The notes beneath the pieces are model-generated. The model saw only the letters and a list, made by a program, of their open reading frames with translations. It searched no databases and had not been told where the DNA came from. From contig CM059432.1 in the NCBI GenBank assembly GCA_030390025.1, positions 18,478,001-18,542,000 of the forward strand: 64,000 bases of DNA. The letters run 5' to 3'. Made by a program: the position numbers and the translations under genes. Positions 61,269 to 64,000 of this stretch are shown one piece after another (within the stretch, counting starts at the first letter, position 1; each line of letters opens with the position of its first letter). This DNA comes from Squalus acanthias (taxonomy: Eukaryota).

Positions 61269-61722
61269 TGTCAGCCAGTGGCTCAGTGGGTCGCACTCTT
61301 GCCTCTGAGGCACAAGGTTGTGGGTTCAAGTCCCACTCCAGCACTTGAGTGCAAAAATCTGGGCTGACACTCATAACAGTACTGAGGGAGTGCTGCACTG
61401 TCGGAGGTGCTGTCTTTCGGATGAGATGTTAAACCGAGGTCCTGTCTGCTCTCTCAGGTGGACATAAAAAATCCCATGGCACTATTTCAAAGAAGAGCAG
61501 GGGAATTATCCCTGGTGTCCTGGTCAATATTTATCCTTCAATCAACATCACTAAAACAGATTACCTGGTCATTATCACGTTTGTGGGAGCTTGCTGTGCG
61601 CAAATTGGCTGCCACGTTTCCTACATTACAACAGTGACTACACTTCAAAAAGTACTTCATTGGCTGTAAAGTGCTTTGGGAAGTCCGGTGATCGTGAAAG
61701 GCGCTATGTAAATGCAAGTCTT
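61269..61722 (+). mobile_element. Deu-domain SINE, full length
   Basis: TGGCTCAGTGG A box, GGTTCAAGTCC B box, Deu core, tail. Confidence 0.88.
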
Positions 61723-62571
61723 TATGTCCAATATTTTTATAACTAGCAAACAAAAGTGTTCAAAGAATTTTTAAAAACGCACAATTCTTTTATTGCCCCG
61801 ATGATTTTTCTCCTGAGTTTGCTCGCAGCAGTGCCCTGGAGATTAGTCTTTAATTCCTGGAGACTCCAGGGCAATCCTGGAGTGTTGGCAACCCTAGGTG
61901 GGAGTGCAGTGGCCATAAATTAGGCTGAGCCCGGATACACCGGCTCAGTGACAGTACAAAATGATAAATGCAGAAAATTTAAAAGGCGATCCAGCAAGCA
62001 AGCAAGCTTTTGCAAGTGTTGAAAAGCACTTATCAGCCAGGCATGATGCACTCACTATAATGATCCTTTACATATTTCAAAGCAGCTACCAAACCACTTG
62101 ACTGGTATGAATCTTCCCAACGTCATTAATCCAATGACAATGTGGAGTGCACAAGTGTGTTGGAGAGTGGCTAAAGATCAATTCGGAAGGCCCCGTTTTA
62201 GTAATGATACATTCAGCTCTCAGGAGACCTGTAATCGAGCATCAGGACAGCTCTTTCGCTGGCGAGCAAGGCTCCAAATATACAGAGCAGGAGGCATGTG
62301 GTGGGAGTACATCACCTGGATGATGACTGCTGTCTCCAGGACTAAAAGAGCCTGGAAGGAAGCGAGGAAAAGAAATGCACGGATTAAAGAGGAGCAGAAA
62401 ACGAAGGCATGAATATTACTGTAAAGTAGACAAGACATCTATACACGTGATAATAAGTAGATGTGGTAGAAAAAAAATATGCAAAAATTGTCCTAATAAC
62501 AGAGAGAAATGTTAACAAGAATGTGGTGAGTAAGATATTATGAGTGAAGGATTTGGCAAATTTTATATATA

Positions 62572-63042
62572 AAAGAAAGAAAAGAAAGACTTGCATTTCT
62601 ATAGCGCCTTTCATGACCTCAGGACATACCAAAGCGCTTTACAGCCAATTAAGCACTTTTGGAGTGGAGTCACTGTTGTAATGTAGGAAACACGGCAGCC
62701 AAATTGTGCATAGCAAGCTCCCACAGACAGCAATGTGCTAATGACCAGATAATCTGTTTTTGTTATGTTGAGTGAGGGATAAATATTGGCCAGGACACCG
62801 GGGATAACTCCCCTGCTCTTCTTGGAAATAGTGTCATGGGATCTTTTACGTCCACCTGAGAGCAGACGGGGCCTCGGTATTACATCTCATCCAAAATACG
62901 GCACCTCCGACAGTGCAGCACTCCCTCACCACTGCACTGGAGTGTCAGCCTAGATTTTTGCGCATCAAGACACTGGAGTGGGACTTGAACCCACAACCTT
63001 CTGACTCAGAGGCGAGGGTGCTACCAACTGAGGCATGGCTGT
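62572..63042 (-). mobile_element. Deu-domain SINE
   Basis: Reverse complement match to 61269-61722. Confidence 0.88.
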
Positions 63043-63220
63043 CAGAAGTGGGGATGTTCGCTGATGACTGCACAGTGTTCAGTGCAATTCACAACTCCTC
63101 AGATAATGAAGCAGTCCATGCCCACATGCAACAAGACCTGGACGACAGTCAGGCTTGGGTTGATAAGTGGCAAGTAACATTCGCACCACAGAAGTGCCAG
63201 GCAATGACTATCTCCAACAA

Positions 63221-63436
63221 TGGTCATGATGCGGAGATGCCGGTGTTGGACTGGGGTGGACAAAAATGAGAAGTCGCACAACACCGGGTTATAGTCCAAC
63301 AGTTTTATTTGAAATTACGAGCTTTTGGAGCGCTGCTCCTTCGTCATGTACCTGACGAAGGAGCAGAGCTCCGAAAGCTCGTAATTTCAAATAAAACTGT
63401 TGGACTATAACCTGGTGTTGTGCGACTTCTCATTTT
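63221..63436 (-). mobile_element. Short Penelope-like retroelement insertion with inverted (palindromic) pLTR
   Basis: 12-bp TSD TATCTCCAACAA (63209-63220 / 63437-63448); 88-bp inverted arms centred at 63349/63350; hammerhead cores. Confidence 0.8.
63349..63383 (+). ncRNA. Minimal type I hammerhead ribozyme motif
   Basis: CUGACGA-A-(GGAGC AGA GCUCC)-GAAA-GC-UC; palindromic AGCU stem III; only 3 bp of stem I (UAC/GUA). Confidence 0.65.
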
Positions 63437-64000
63437 TATCTCCAACAAGCGAGCGTCTAACCATCGCCTCTTTACATTCAACGACATTACCATCGCCGAA
63501 TCCCCCACCATCAACATCCTGGGGGTCACCATTGACCAGAAACTTAACTGGACCAGCCACATAAATACTGTGGCCACTAGAGCAGGTCAGAGGCTGGGTA
63601 TTCTGCGGCGAGTGTCTCACCTCCTGACTCCCCAAAGACTTTGCACCATCTACAAGGCACAAGTCAGGATTGTGATGAAATACTCTCCACTTGCCTGGAT
63701 GAGTGCAGCTCCAATAACACTCAAGAAGCTCGACAGCATCCAGGACAAAGTAGCCCACTTGATTGGTACCCCATCCACCACCTTAAACATTCTCTCCCTC
63801 CACCACCGGCGTACCATGGCTGCAATGTGTACCATCTACAAGATGCACTGCAGCAACTCGCCGAGGCTTCTTTGGCAGCACCTCCCAAACCCACGACCTC
63901 TATCACTTAGAAGGACAAGGGCAGCAGGCGCATGGGAACACCATCACTTGCAAGTTCCCCTCCAAGTTACACACCATCCTGACTTGGAAGTATATCGCTG

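Larger units (their letters stand above)
63040..64000 (+). mobile_element. LINE-B fragment interrupted by the Penelope-like insertion; runs off the window
   Basis: MFADD..YSPLAW; colinear across 63221-63436. Confidence 0.92.

Noticed and set aside
61830..61897. hAT-like terminal sequence (rc TAGGGTTGCCA)
   Set aside because: Only one end found, with no partner TIR or TSD.

Overview
Eukaryotic, almost entirely transposon-derived DNA. The repeat set (HE1/V-SINE, Deu-domain SINEs, HER1-type CR1 LINEs) points to a cartilaginous fish, most likely a shark; this is inferred from family recognition, not from a database search. I found no convincing host protein-coding gene. The main feature is an apparently complete PIF/Harbinger DNA transposon (50473-54636) with 12-bp TIRs, inserted into a CR1. 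It carries an uninterrupted DDE transposase ORF and a convergent three-exon Myb/SANT-like gene. The window also holds decayed Harbinger relatives and MITEs. Other notable items: a Penelope-like palindromic insertion carrying a minimal hammerhead ribozyme core; a 12-nt apparently abortive insertion of the same family; an internally deleted LINE starting with a tRNA-like Pol III head; a 2.8-kb TG..CA insertion resembling a very long solo LTR; a CR1 subfamily with a duplicated 3' tail; an RTE LINE; a 23-bp minisatellite; and an unexplained ~400-bp duplicated element. Boundaries of old repeats are approximate (about +/-20 bp). TIR, TSD and splice coordinates were counted by hand.
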